Of a DNA stretch of 64,000 nt, positions 27,937-37,198 are shown one piece after another. Below the pieces are notes generated by a model that was not told the origin of the DNA, made no database searches, and worked only from the letters and a program-made list of their open reading frames with translations. Source of the DNA: Candidatus Yanofskybacteria bacterium (lineage in GTDB: Bacteria > Patescibacteriota > Minisyncoccia > 2-02-FULL-40-12 > GWA2-44-9). Position numbers and translations under genes: made by a program. How positions within the stretch are numbered: position 1 is the first letter of the stretch; each line of letters opens with the position of its first letter. The DNA lies in assembly GCA_020852375.1 (NCBI GenBank), contig JADZAY010000009.1, forward strand, positions 12,690-76,689. The letters are read 5' to 3'.

Positions 27937-30074
27937 CCGAGCCCAGCCTGAGCGCTCACAGCCGCTTCCCAGTTTTTGAACTGGGGGTCTTGGTCTGGAT
28001 ATGCAGGGAATGGGCCGGTTGGATCATTCCGATCCACGTACCACAGGATCGAGTGTGGTTGCGGGTATTCTTGCGAGACATACAACCCGTTCAGCATGAT
28101 CTTGTTCGTTACAATCGGATCCGGCTTAACGAACGATTCGGCGGGGGTGCTGTTCAACGCCGAGACCATAAAAGCATTCCAAAGCGGCCCGGCGGCACTA
28201 ATACCAGCTCCTGCGGCGGTCATTGATTGATTACGATTGTTTCCGATCCATACCACTGTCGCGATTGATGGGGTGTAGCCAACAACCCACGCATCCCGAT
28301 TTTCTTGCGTCGTACCGGTTTTAGCGGCGACATCGCGACCCGGCACAACAAGCGCGTTGTTAGCTCCAAACACCGCTGAGCGCGCCCCATTGTCACTCAA
28401 CACATCGTTTACAAGACGGGCTGTTTGCGCATCGAGCACACGCTCTTGCGTAGCTCTTCGTTCTTCGAGAACCGTTCCATCATTCGCTTCGATGCGCTGG
28501 ATCATACTCCACGGTGTGCGGATGCCTTCATTCGCAAACACTCCGTATGCCGAGACAAGATCGACGGGGCGAACTTCAGCGCCGCCAAGGACCAACGAAA
28601 GACCGAAGCGAGAGCGGTCGGAAAGGGTTGTGATGCCCATGCGTGTCGCAAGGTCGATCGTATCATCGACGCCAGCAAGGTAGAGCGTTTTTACCGATGT
28701 GGTGTTGAGCGAGCGAGCGAGCGATTGGCGGAGAGTGACCGGGCCAGAATATTTTCCGTTATAGTTTTGTGGATGATAACAGTCTTGTCCGGTCGAGTCT
28801 TTCTTTGCTGATGCGTCAGGTGGGCAGAGCGGGTTGAACTCTGTTTTCACATCCCATAATACCGTGGTGTCGGGGAATCCCTTCGCGAATGCCGCAGCAT
28901 ACGCGAAGGGCTTGAATGCTGACCCCGGCTGTCGCTGTGCGGTGGCAACGTTGTAGTTTCCTTCGTTTTCGGTATCAAAGTAGTTTGCGGAACCGACCAA
29001 CGCGAGCACACCACCCGTCTTGGGGTCGAGCGCAACGAGCGCTGCGTTCGAAGCCTTGTACTTTTCCTTGTTGATCGCGGCGTATTTTGCGACAAGCTCT
29101 TCCGCCTTCTTTTGCAGTTCTGCATCGAGCGTTGTGATGATCTTAAATCCGCCCGAAGAAACAATGTCGCTTCCGTATTTCTGGGTGACATACTCTCGCG
29201 CCATAACAACAAAATGAGGCGCAACGAGTGCGCTCGATTTTGGTTTGAAGGTGAGTGTCTCCGCGAGCGCCGAATTACGCGCTTGTTCGCTAATGTATCC
29301 GAGTTGGAACATTCGGCCTATGACATAATCCTTTCGAGCCATCAACTCGTCTCTGTGGCTGCCGTACGGAGAAAGGTATGATGGACGCTGAACAAGCGAT
29401 GCGAGGAGGGCTGCCTGTGCGATGGTGAGGTCGGCCGCCGGTGTGCCGAAGTATGTTTGGCTCGCCGCCTCGATCCCGTAGGCGTTCGAACCATACGGAA
29501 CTTGGTTGAGATACATTTCGAATATCTGGTCCTTGGTGAAGCGGCGCTCGACTTCGATGGCTAAGATAAGCTCCTCAACCTTTCGTGTGATCGTCTTTTC
29601 TCGGCCAACAAGAGCGTTTCCAACGAGTTGCTGGGTGAGTGTGGATCCGCCGCCCGATCCGTATCCGCGCTCAACATTGCGCAGCAGTGAACGCGCGATG
29701 CCTTTTATATCGAAACCTTTGTGTTCATAGAACCCGCTGTCTTCGACGGCGAGGGTCGCGTGTTTGATGTTTTCTCCCATCCGATCCCATGGGACAACGG
29801 TGCGCTTTTCCTCGTCGAAAATGTCGTATAAAACGACCGTACCAGTTCGGTCATAGATCTTTGTCGATTCTTTGACTTGGCGGGATACGATAGACTCGGG
29901 ATCCGGGGTTCTGCTTTTCGCATACAGAACGAACAACGAGACTCCAATAAGGCCGAGTGTGATACACCAAGCAATAATGGTAAGAAGGCCGTGTGCGCGG
30001 GCGGCGAGCGTCGTCGGAGAGTGGAACGTGTTTCGGTTGAGGGGAACGCGCCGAAAGAAAGGATGAAGTTTCAC
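27930..30074 (-). CDS. penicillin-binding protein 1A (bifunctional glycosyltransferase/transpeptidase)
   Basis: GT51 motifs EDSGFYEHKGFD and RGYGSGGGSTLTQQL; transpeptidase SAFKPF..SLN. Start set at GTG 30074 just before the TM helix, because there is no ATG upstream of the TM; the start is uncertain. Confidence 0.8.
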   Translation of the reverse strand: MKLHPFFRRVPLNRNTFHSPTTLAARAHGLLTIIAWCITLGLIGVSLFVLYAKSRTPDPESIVSRQVKESTKIYDRTGTVVLYDIFDEEKRTVVPWDRMGENIKHATLAVEDSGFYEHKGFDIKGIARSLLRNVERGYGSGGGSTLTQQLVGNALVGREKTITRKVEELILAIEVERRFTKDQIFEMYLNQVPYGSNAYGIEAASQTYFGTPAADLTIAQAALLASLVQRPSYLSPYGSHRDELMARKDYVIGRMFQLGYISEQARNSALAETLTFKPKSSALVAPHFVVMAREYVTQKYGSDIVSSGGFKIITTLDAELQKKAEELVAKYAAINKEKYKASNAALVALDPKTGGVLALVGSANYFDTENEGNYNVATAQRQPGSAFKPFAYAAAFAKGFPDTTVLWDVKTEFNPLCPPDASAKKDSTGQDCYHPQNYNGKYSGPVTLRQSLARSLNTTSVKTLYLAGVDDTIDLATRMGITTLSDRSRFGLSLVLGGAEVRPVDLVSAYGVFANEGIRTPWSMIQRIEANDGTVLEERRATQERVLDAQTARLVNDVLSDNGARSAVFGANNALVVPGRDVAAKTGTTQENRDAWVVGYTPSIATVVWIGNNRNQSMTAAGAGISAAGPLWNAFMVSALNSTPAESFVKPDPIVTNKIMLNGLYVSQEYPQPHSILWYVDRNDPTGPFPAYPDQDPQFKNWEAAVSAQAGLGY

Positions 30075-30137
30075 AGAGCGAATATACCACAAAAACACCG
30101 TATTTACAATGATTTTGAGAAACGGTACAATGCCAAC

Positions 30138-31289
30138 ATGGATGCACACGAGAGAATAGATTTCGCCAAAAAACTCCTCAGTCGCAGATCCGAAGCGCGG
30201 TATCCCTCTGATGATATTGTGCTTGAGCGCATCGCGGGAGAGAAGAAGCTCACCATCTACTTCGGTATCGACCCGACGGGAGCCGACATCCACCTCGGGC
30301 ACACGGTCGCACTCCTCCTACTCAAAGGCCTTGCCGAGCTCGGGCACGATATTGTGCTGCTCGTCGGCGACTTTACTGCGCGCATCGGGGATCCAACCGG
30401 TAAGGACGCGGCTCGCGTCGCGCTCTCCGGTGAGCAGATCGATGAGAACATGAAAACCTATCAGGAGCAGGTGGCAAAGGTTCTTCCAGCGCAACGCTTT
30501 CGAATCGCATATAACGGCGAGTGGTTGAGCGCCCTGACCATGGAGCAGGTACTAAAGCTTACGAGTATGGTAACCGTGCAGCAGATGATGCAGCGCGACA
30601 TGTTCCAACGGCGGCAAGCCGAGGGGAGGCCTATTCATGTGAGCGAATTCCTGTACCCGCTCATGCAGGGGTACGACTCGGTCGCACTTCAAACCGACGG
30701 CGAGGTTGGCGGGAACGACCAAACGTTCAACATGCTCGTTGGGCGCGAGCTTGAGCGCGAGATCATTGGGAAGGATAAGATCGTGATCACAACGCCGCTT
30801 CTAGTAGACGCGACGACCGGGAAGAAAATGAGCAAATCGGAGGGAACGCTCATTGCGCTCAGCGATTCACCGCAGGAGATCAGACGGAAGGTTCTCGATG
30901 TGGACGACAAAATGATCCGGACCCTTTTTGAGTTGTGCACGGAGCGAGACCAAGCGTGGATCGACGAACGCTGCCCGGAGGGGAGGGCCCCCAATGATCC
31001 TCGCGGGATGAAAGAGGATCTTGCGGCTGAGCTGGTCCGCATGTATCACGGCGAAGAGGCTGTTGTGGATGCCGGGAAGGCCGCCGAGGTAGCGATCAAA
31101 GAGGGTAGTATGCCGATCGCCATGTTTCTCAAAGAGTACGGTTTCGCACGCTCTATGTCGGAGGCGAAGACCCTTGTATCAGAGGGCGCGGTGCGTGTGA
31201 ATGATGAAATTCAGAAAGGGTGGGAGTATGAGGTTAAGAAGGGGGACACGATCAAGATCGGAAAGGGGCGGTTCGCGAGATTGGTCTAA
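30138..31289 (+). CDS. tyrS: tyrosine--tRNA ligase
   Basis: HIGH-type motif DIHLGHTV and KMSKS; C-terminal S4-like domain. Confidence 0.9.
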   Translation: MDAHERIDFAKKLLSRRSEARYPSDDIVLERIAGEKKLTIYFGIDPTGADIHLGHTVALLLLKGLAELGHDIVLLVGDFTARIGDPTGKDAARVALSGEQIDENMKTYQEQVAKVLPAQRFRIAYNGEWLSALTMEQVLKLTSMVTVQQMMQRDMFQRRQAEGRPIHVSEFLYPLMQGYDSVALQTDGEVGGNDQTFNMLVGRELEREIIGKDKIVITTPLLVDATTGKKMSKSEGTLIALSDSPQEIRRKVLDVDDKMIRTLFELCTERDQAWIDERCPEGRAPNDPRGMKEDLAAELVRMYHGEEAVVDAGKAAEVAIKEGSMPIAMFLKEYGFARSMSEAKTLVSEGAVRVNDEIQKGWEYEVKKGDTIKIGKGRFARLV

Positions 31290-31290
31290 A

Positions 31291-31323
31291 ACAATTCCCG
31301 GGATGTCCCGGGAATTGTTTTAT
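31291..31323. terminator. Rho-independent terminator (bidirectional)
   Basis: ACAATTCCCGGGA-tgt-CCCGGGAATTGT followed by TTTTA. Confidence 0.6.
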
Positions 31324-31457
31324 TCGAGGTCTTCCTCATCATCAGCCTCATCTTCTTCGCGCTTCTTTTTCTCATCCTCGCCCTCTTCCTCCTCATCGTC
31401 TTCCTCGTCATCCGCTTCCTCCTCTTCGTCGTAGTCCTCGTACTCGTCCTCAGCCAT
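31320..31457 (-). CDS. putative 45-aa extremely acidic peptide
   Basis: Hand translation gives MAEDEYEDYDEEEEADDEEDDEEEEGEDEKKKREEDEADDEEDLE. No obvious RBS. The opposite-strand poly-Ser ORF 31201..31434 is rejected. Confidence 0.25.
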   Translation of the reverse strand: MAEDEYEDYDEEEEADDEEDDEEEEGEDEKKKREEDEADDEEDLE

Positions 31458-31591
31458 TAAAAACATTCGAAGATCGTCCATAGCGTGCGGTGCGAGCTTC
31501 TCCCCGGGTGAATACGAGAAAGTAGTAGTTCTCCCGAGGGTTCGCGCAACACCTCGTTACGAAAGGTATTGTAGTCAGGCGGCGCTGCCTG

Positions 31592-32068
31592 TCAACGCGG
31601 TGCTCGGTGTGCGGCGCTTGAACAGAGAGCGATGGCAAGCGCGTCCGCAGCGTCATCGGGGCGGATCGTTTCCGAGATGCGAAGGATCATCCGAACCATG
31701 TGCTGCACTTGATCTTTTTTTGCGCCACCGTGCCCGCATACCTGCTGCTTTACCTGGAGGGGCGTGAACTCATAGATCGGGAGCGCTCGCTGGGCGAGGG
31801 TGAGCATGAGAACGCCGCGCATCTCACTTACTGGCATTGCCGACTTCTTATTGTTCAAGAAAAAAAGCCGCTCAATGCCTACCGCATCGGGTTTCCAGGT
31901 GTTGAGGAGCTCCAAGCACTGCTGGGCGACCGATACTTTATCGGCCTGCCCATCTTTTCCTGGTGTTGTAAGAACACCCCATGCGAGCGGGGTGAGCACC
32001 GCTCCGGAGTCTTCAATGACCCCGTATCCGATGCGTGTGGTGCCGGGGTCGATGCCGAGAAATCTCAT
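31592..32068 (-). CDS. ruvC: crossover junction endodeoxyribonuclease RuvC
   Basis: MRFLGIDPGTTRIGYGV...; catalytic DD..E..D signature. Confidence 0.9.
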   Translation of the reverse strand: MRFLGIDPGTTRIGYGVIEDSGAVLTPLAWGVLTTPGKDGQADKVSVAQQCLELLNTWKPDAVGIERLFFLNNKKSAMPVSEMRGVLMLTLAQRALPIYEFTPLQVKQQVCGHGGAKKDQVQHMVRMILRISETIRPDDAADALAIALCSSAAHRAPR

Positions 32069-32778
32069 GTGTATTCGAATGAGCGCTCGTACGTTGTGTA
32101 TACAGCCTGAACGTCGTCATGATCTTCAAGGGCGCTTACAAAAGCGTCTGCTGCAGCACGCTCAGCCTCGTTGGATATCGGAGCCGGTGTAGTGGGGATG
32201 AGGGTGATCTCCGCTGATGCGACGATGTCTCCCAACACAGAGCGGACGGCATCGAGTTTTTCTGGAGACGTGTAAATAACCGACACGCCGTCTTCATCGA
32301 GGACGTCGTCGGCGCCAGCGTCGATCGCTCGCAGCTGGAGATCCGGGGTAGCGGGTGCCGCAAGAACGATCAGCCCGATCTTCTTAAACATCCACACCAC
32401 CGATCCTTGTCCGGCAAGCCGCGCATTGTGGGACGCGGCGATCTGACGCAGCTCATTGATGGTTCTATTGCTCGAATCAGTGATCGCACGAACGACCACC
32501 CCTGCATTTCCGGGACCGATGAATTCTAGGGATAGCTCGGAGAGCGTGTCGGCCGCCTCCGTGGTCTTTCGGATCGCGCGTTCAATATTTTCGAGCGGCA
32601 TATTCACCGCGCGAGCCCGCTCAATCTCCGCCTTGAGGCGGCTATTCGTTGCGGGGTCAGTGTTTCCCCGAGCGGCGATCGTGATCGCGCGTGAGAGCTT
32701 TCCGAACAGCGCCCCCTTTTTTGCATCCGCGATCGCCTTCTTGTGCTTGATTTGTGACCACTTTGAATGTCCGGCCAT
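32065..32778 (-). CDS. YebC/PmpR family DNA-binding transcriptional regulator
   Basis: MAGHSKWSQIKHKKAIADAKKG N-terminus. Start at internal Met 32778. Confidence 0.85.
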   Translation of the reverse strand: MAGHSKWSQIKHKKAIADAKKGALFGKLSRAITIAARGNTDPATNSRLKAEIERARAVNMPLENIERAIRKTTEAADTLSELSLEFIGPGNAGVVVRAITDSSNRTINELRQIAASHNARLAGQGSVVWMFKKIGLIVLAAPATPDLQLRAIDAGADDVLDEDGVSVIYTSPEKLDAVRSVLGDIVASAEITLIPTTPAPISNEAERAAADAFVSALEDHDDVQAVYTTYERSFEYT

Positions 32779-32791
32779 GAGTGTATCCGAC

Positions 32792-33814
32792 TCAAAAATC
32801 CAATCCGAGCGTGTCGGGATCGGAGACCCCGATATGCTCGCGGCCAGCTTTGGTGATAACCCGCCCCTTCGTCGTCCTCGCAAGGAATCCAAGCCGCATG
32901 AGGTAGGGCTCGTACACGTCTTCAATGGTGGCTTCTTCTTCGGCAACCGTGGCAGCTATCGACTTTAAGCCGACGGGACCCCCGGAAAAGGTTGTGGCGA
33001 TCGCGCGGAGGATCCGGCGATCGGTCTCCTCAAGGCCCTGAGGGTCGACTTCAAGGAGTTGGAGCGCTGCTTGCGCTACGGTATTGGTGATCGTATCGAT
33101 CCCGTTCACTTGGGCATAATCGCGAACACGCTTCAAGAGGCGATTGGCGACGCGGGGGGTTGCACGGGCTGACCGGGCAATACGGGAGAGCGCCTGTGGT
33201 TCGATCGCTACTGACAGAAGACTTGCGGAGCGAGCAAGAATTCGCTCGATTTCTTCCGGTGTGTAGTACTCGAGCCGGAAGCTTGACCCGAACCGGGATC
33301 GGAACGGAGCCGACAGCATGGATATTTTTGTTGTCGCGGCGACAAGCGTAAAGCGGGGGAGATCGATTTGGAGTGTTTTTGCGGCGTTTCCTTTTCCGAT
33401 GACGATGTCCAGTTTGAAGTTCTCCATCGCGGGGTAGATGACCTCTTCAATGGTCTTGTTGAGGCGATGAACCTCGTCAATGAAAAGCACGTCACCGTCC
33501 TGGAGCCCAGTGAGAATGGAGCCGACGTCGCCAGCCTTCTCGAGGGCTGTCCCCGATGTCATGCGGACGTTCGTGTTGAGCTCGCGCGCAATAAGATACG
33601 CAAGCGTTGTTTTCCCAAGGCCGGAGGGGCCATGGAGAAGGACGTGCTCCGGAGTCTCATTGCGTTTTTTTGCCGCCCCTAATACAATACGAAGATTCTC
33701 CTTCGTTTTTTCTTGCCCGATATACTCGTCGAAGGTGCGGGGGCGAAGGGTTAGGTCGAGGACCTGGTCATCCGGGCCGGTCTGTGGCCCGGTTTGTGGG
33801 CTCTTGACATTCAT
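32792..33814 (-). CDS. ruvB: Holliday junction branch migration DNA helicase RuvB
   Basis: Walker A GPSGLGKTT, Walker B VLFIDEVHR, sensor motifs. Confidence 0.95.
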   Translation of the reverse strand: MNVKSPQTGPQTGPDDQVLDLTLRPRTFDEYIGQEKTKENLRIVLGAAKKRNETPEHVLLHGPSGLGKTTLAYLIARELNTNVRMTSGTALEKAGDVGSILTGLQDGDVLFIDEVHRLNKTIEEVIYPAMENFKLDIVIGKGNAAKTLQIDLPRFTLVAATTKISMLSAPFRSRFGSSFRLEYYTPEEIERILARSASLLSVAIEPQALSRIARSARATPRVANRLLKRVRDYAQVNGIDTITNTVAQAALQLLEVDPQGLEETDRRILRAIATTFSGGPVGLKSIAATVAEEEATIEDVYEPYLMRLGFLARTTKGRVITKAGREHIGVSDPDTLGLDF

Positions 33815-33864
33815 TACAAAATAGAATAAAATAGTTTCACGATAGCAGCAGAACGGTTGAGTGT

Positions 33865-34037
33865 GAGAGGACCTCTATAATCTGTAGGCAACTGAGCTCA
33901 GTGCCCTTAGCACCCCGGGCTCAGTCGGGATATTATCTTAGCTTGGAAGGTCTGGTTCCGACTGGATCTCTCCTCGGAATTATCCTGTCCCACGTCCCTA
34001 TGGATGTGGATATTGCCTACAGGTTATAAAGGTCCTC
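33865..34037. repeat. about 170-bp element bounded by 25-bp near-perfect inverted repeats (candidate MITE or structured ncRNA)
   Basis: GAGGACCTCTATAATCTGTAGGCAA at 33867-33891 against TTGCCTACAGGTTATAAAGGTCCTC at 34013-34037 (2 mismatches). Nested internal palindromes (CTGAGC..GCTCAG, CAGTCGG..CCGACTG). Followed by CTTTTC. Confidence 0.4.
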
Positions 34038-34061
34038 TTTTCGTATCTGACACCGTGCTCG

Positions 34062-35750
34062 CTATCCCAACACCCGGCGGACCTCCTCTAAGGATGTGGC
34101 TCCTTCCAGCATCTTCAGGTATCCGTCCTGGAGCATGGTGACCATTCCTTCTTGTATCGCCATGTCTCGGATGTCGGTCACCGATGGGGCCGTGAGGATG
34201 AGGCGCTCCATCTCACGGGTCACCTCGAACACTTCGTACACGCCGACGCGCCCCTTATACCCGATGCCGTTGCACTCCTGACATCCGACCGGCTCCCATA
34301 CAGAGGTATCCGGTCCGATGGCTTTCAGGCCGAATCGTTCAGCGATGGGGGAAATCTCGGCGCCGATCCTTTTTTGATCTTCCGCGGAAAGCCGCCCCTC
34401 TTTCTTACATGCTTGGCATAACCGGCGCACGAGCCGCTGTCCCATCGCCATAGTGAGCGCCGGGGCTATGGTTTCGGGCTTCACTCCGAGCGCCAGAAGG
34501 CGGGGGATGGTGCCCGCGGCGTCATTCGTGTGAATGGTCGAGAGGACCAGGTGGCCGGTGAGGGCCGCCTCCATTGCGATGTCGGCTGTTTCGAGGTCGC
34601 GAATCTCACCGATGAGAATGATGTCGGGGTCCTGACGAACGATCGCCCGAAGTCCGCCAGCGAAGGTGTAGCCCTTTTCCGGTTCGACTTGGGTCTGGTT
34701 GATGCCCTTGATGTGGTATTCGATCGGATCCTCGACGGTGATGATCTTTGTGTCGGGCGTGTTCAGCTCGTTCACGAATGCGTAGAGCGTGGTCGTTTTC
34801 CCTGAACCGGTCGGTCCGGTCGTCAGGAATGTCCCTTGCGGCTTCTTGATGAGCTCGCGAACGCGCTCAAGTACGTCGGGGCGCATGCCGAGATCCTCTA
34901 TGGATGCGCGGACGCTCCGCGGATCAAGAAGGCGCATGACGATGGACTCCCCATACTCGCTCGGGAGCACCGAAACGCGAACCTCGATTTCCACATCACT
35001 CTGGCGGATCGTGAAGCGGCCATCTTGGGGCGCTGCAGTGATGTTCAGCTTCAGTTTCGAGAGCACCTTTATCCGGTTTAGAACCCGATGATAGCGTGGC
35101 GACGCAAGCACGAGAACGTCGTGGAGTAGGCCGTCGAGGCGATACCGGAGACGCGTTCCGTCAACTTCCGGTTCGAAGTGAATATCCGAGGCGCTCAACG
35201 AGAGGGCTCCGGCGACGAGTATCTCAAGAAGTTGGGTATCCGAGACCGATGAGACCGAACCCTTCAGGTCTTCGATGCTTTGGATACGCTCCTGTGCCTG
35301 AGCCATAGCGGCGTCATCAACGCGGATAGAGCCGACCTCGAACGCAGTCGCTGATTTAATGGTCGCGTAGCGCTCAAGAACCTGGTCGAACGTCTCTTGG
35401 GAAACGATGAGTGTGACGAGTGCCGGAAAGCGGCTCCCGAGGGTCTCGAGGGTTTGCTTTGCTGCCGGAGTTCGAGGGTCGACGGTGATGGCGACTGCTG
35501 GGCCACCGGACGACTGAATGAGGGCGACGCCGGACGCTCGAGAATCGCTTTCGGGGAGCCCGGCAAGCGCTTCCGGATCGACAACGAGGTCTTTCAGCTC
35601 AGCGAACGGGAGAGAAAGTTCTTGGGCGAGCGACTGGGCGGACAGAGCGCGCCCTTTCGCGCCGATCTCCGAGAGCTTTTTCTCAAGCTCCGCGGCTGCG
35701 GTGTCTGCAGGCTTCGTTCCCGATGATGTCGACATATCTGCATGCACCAT
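34062..35750 (-). CDS. pilB: type IV pilus assembly ATPase PilB / GspE family
   Basis: Walker A GPTGSGKTTT, Asp box, Walker B IILIGEIRD, His box, C-terminal tetracysteine (CQAC..CQEC). Confidence 0.85.
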   Translation of the reverse strand: MVHADMSTSSGTKPADTAAAELEKKLSEIGAKGRALSAQSLAQELSLPFAELKDLVVDPEALAGLPESDSRASGVALIQSSGGPAVAITVDPRTPAAKQTLETLGSRFPALVTLIVSQETFDQVLERYATIKSATAFEVGSIRVDDAAMAQAQERIQSIEDLKGSVSSVSDTQLLEILVAGALSLSASDIHFEPEVDGTRLRYRLDGLLHDVLVLASPRYHRVLNRIKVLSKLKLNITAAPQDGRFTIRQSDVEIEVRVSVLPSEYGESIVMRLLDPRSVRASIEDLGMRPDVLERVRELIKKPQGTFLTTGPTGSGKTTTLYAFVNELNTPDTKIITVEDPIEYHIKGINQTQVEPEKGYTFAGGLRAIVRQDPDIILIGEIRDLETADIAMEAALTGHLVLSTIHTNDAAGTIPRLLALGVKPETIAPALTMAMGQRLVRRLCQACKKEGRLSAEDQKRIGAEISPIAERFGLKAIGPDTSVWEPVGCQECNGIGYKGRVGVYEVFEVTREMERLILTAPSVTDIRDMAIQEGMVTMLQDGYLKMLEGATSLEEVRRVLG

Positions 35751-35924
35751 ACTGGAGGGCGGCCTTTTGTAAACGACGGAATGTGGACAACAACTCGCCG
35801 ACGGACCCGACTTTGCGGAGAGGGGTTGACTTTGTGGATATTTTTGATACCATGTCCTTATTCATTCGAGGTCCGCATACGCGGGCCTCGAAGTGTATCG
35901 TACCAACAATTTCATATCGGAAGC

Positions 35925-37178
35925 ATGATAGACATCAAGCAGTTTATGTCTGCTATCAAGCAGATCGCAGAGGAGAAGGGTATCTCCCAGGAGAACGTCC
36001 TGGAGACCGTTGAGGCGGCGCTCGCAGCCGCGTACAAGCGCGACTACGGCAAGAAGGGACAGATCATCAAGGTGAAGCTCAACGCCGATTCTGGCGAGAT
36101 GGATATCACTCAGACCCACTTCGTGGTGGAGGGGGTTGATGAGGAGGGGTATATCACCGGACAGCTTCCCGAAAAAGTTGCACAGGATCGCATCGATATC
36201 GTCGACATTCAGCGCCAGCGCGAAGCTGGGCAGGCGATTGTCGGGGATCACGTTGTCACCGAGGAGGGGACCCTTCGTGTGAAGTTCAACCCGGAGAAGC
36301 ACATCACCATCGAAGACGCGCGTGCAAAGAAGAAGGACGCTGCCGTTGGCGACGAGATCATCGAGACGCTCGAGGCGAAGAGCGACTTCGGGCGCATTGC
36401 CGCGCAGACGGCGAAACAGGTGGTCATCCAGCGTCTCCGAGAAGCTGAGCGCGGCGCGGTAATGACCGAATATAAAGGCAAAGAAGGGACCCTGATCAGT
36501 GGCGTTGTGCAGCGCCGTGAAGGGCCGCTGGTGTTCATCGATCTCGGGAAGGTGAGCGGAATTCTCCCGGTGGCCGAGCAGATGCCGAGTGACCATTATC
36601 GTATCGGCCAGCGCCTTCGCTTCTATGTCGTGAAGGTCGAGGATACCGTTCGCGGTCCTGCGATCATCTTGTCGCGCGCACATCCGAACCTGGTCCGTGA
36701 GCTGTTCCGCATGGAGGTTCCGGAGATCGACAGCGGCGCCGTCAAAGTTCTCGGCATTGCTCGTGAGGCGGGGAGCCGGACGAAGATCGCCGTCGCATCG
36801 GCGGAGGACGGCGTTGATCCGATCGGATCGCTCGTCGGGCAGCGTGGGGTACGCGTCCAGACCGTGATCAACGATCTCGCCGGTGAGAAGATCGATATCA
36901 TCCAGTACGACGAAGACGCGGCGCGATACATCGCGAACGCGCTGTCTCCGGCGAAGATCCTTCAGGTGAATCTGACCGATATGGAGCACCGCATCGCCCT
37001 CGCCGAAGTCGCCGATGATCAATTCTCACTTGCGATCGGGAAGGGCGGACAGAACGTCCGTCTTGCCGCCAAGCTGACCGGATGGAAGATCGATGTGCGG
37101 AGCCCGAAGGAGACCGCATCATCGGAGGTCTCGACCGAGCAAGGCGCCGCCGAAGAGGCCGCTCCGGCTGCGGAGTAA
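35925..37178 (+). CDS. nusA: transcription termination/antitermination factor NusA
   Basis: S1 and tandem KH domains (LAIGKGGQNVRLAAKLTGWKIDV). Start at internal Met 35925. Confidence 0.9.
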   Translation: MIDIKQFMSAIKQIAEEKGISQENVLETVEAALAAAYKRDYGKKGQIIKVKLNADSGEMDITQTHFVVEGVDEEGYITGQLPEKVAQDRIDIVDIQRQREAGQAIVGDHVVTEEGTLRVKFNPEKHITIEDARAKKKDAAVGDEIIETLEAKSDFGRIAAQTAKQVVIQRLREAERGAVMTEYKGKEGTLISGVVQRREGPLVFIDLGKVSGILPVAEQMPSDHYRIGQRLRFYVVKVEDTVRGPAIILSRAHPNLVRELFRMEVPEIDSGAVKVLGIAREAGSRTKIAVASAEDGVDPIGSLVGQRGVRVQTVINDLAGEKIDIIQYDEDAARYIANALSPAKILQVNLTDMEHRIALAEVADDQFSLAIGKGGQNVRLAAKLTGWKIDVRSPKETASSEVSTEQGAAEEAAPAAE

Positions 37179-37198
37179 TCGGATCTCCGCATCATCCT

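Noticed and set aside
31201-31434. 77-aa poly-Ser ORF on the plus strand after tyrS
   Set aside because: It is the antisense translation of the GAG/GAC-rich stretch. Low complexity and no start context.
33865-34037. RNase P RNA, SRP RNA or tmRNA at the inverted-repeat element
   Set aside because: Too short for RNase P RNA. Lacks the SRP domain IV GGAA..AGCAG motif, and lacks the tmRNA tag reading frame or tRNA-like end.
35862-37022. 386-aa minus-strand ORF antisense to nusA
   Set aside because: nusA on the plus strand has unambiguous S1/KH motifs.
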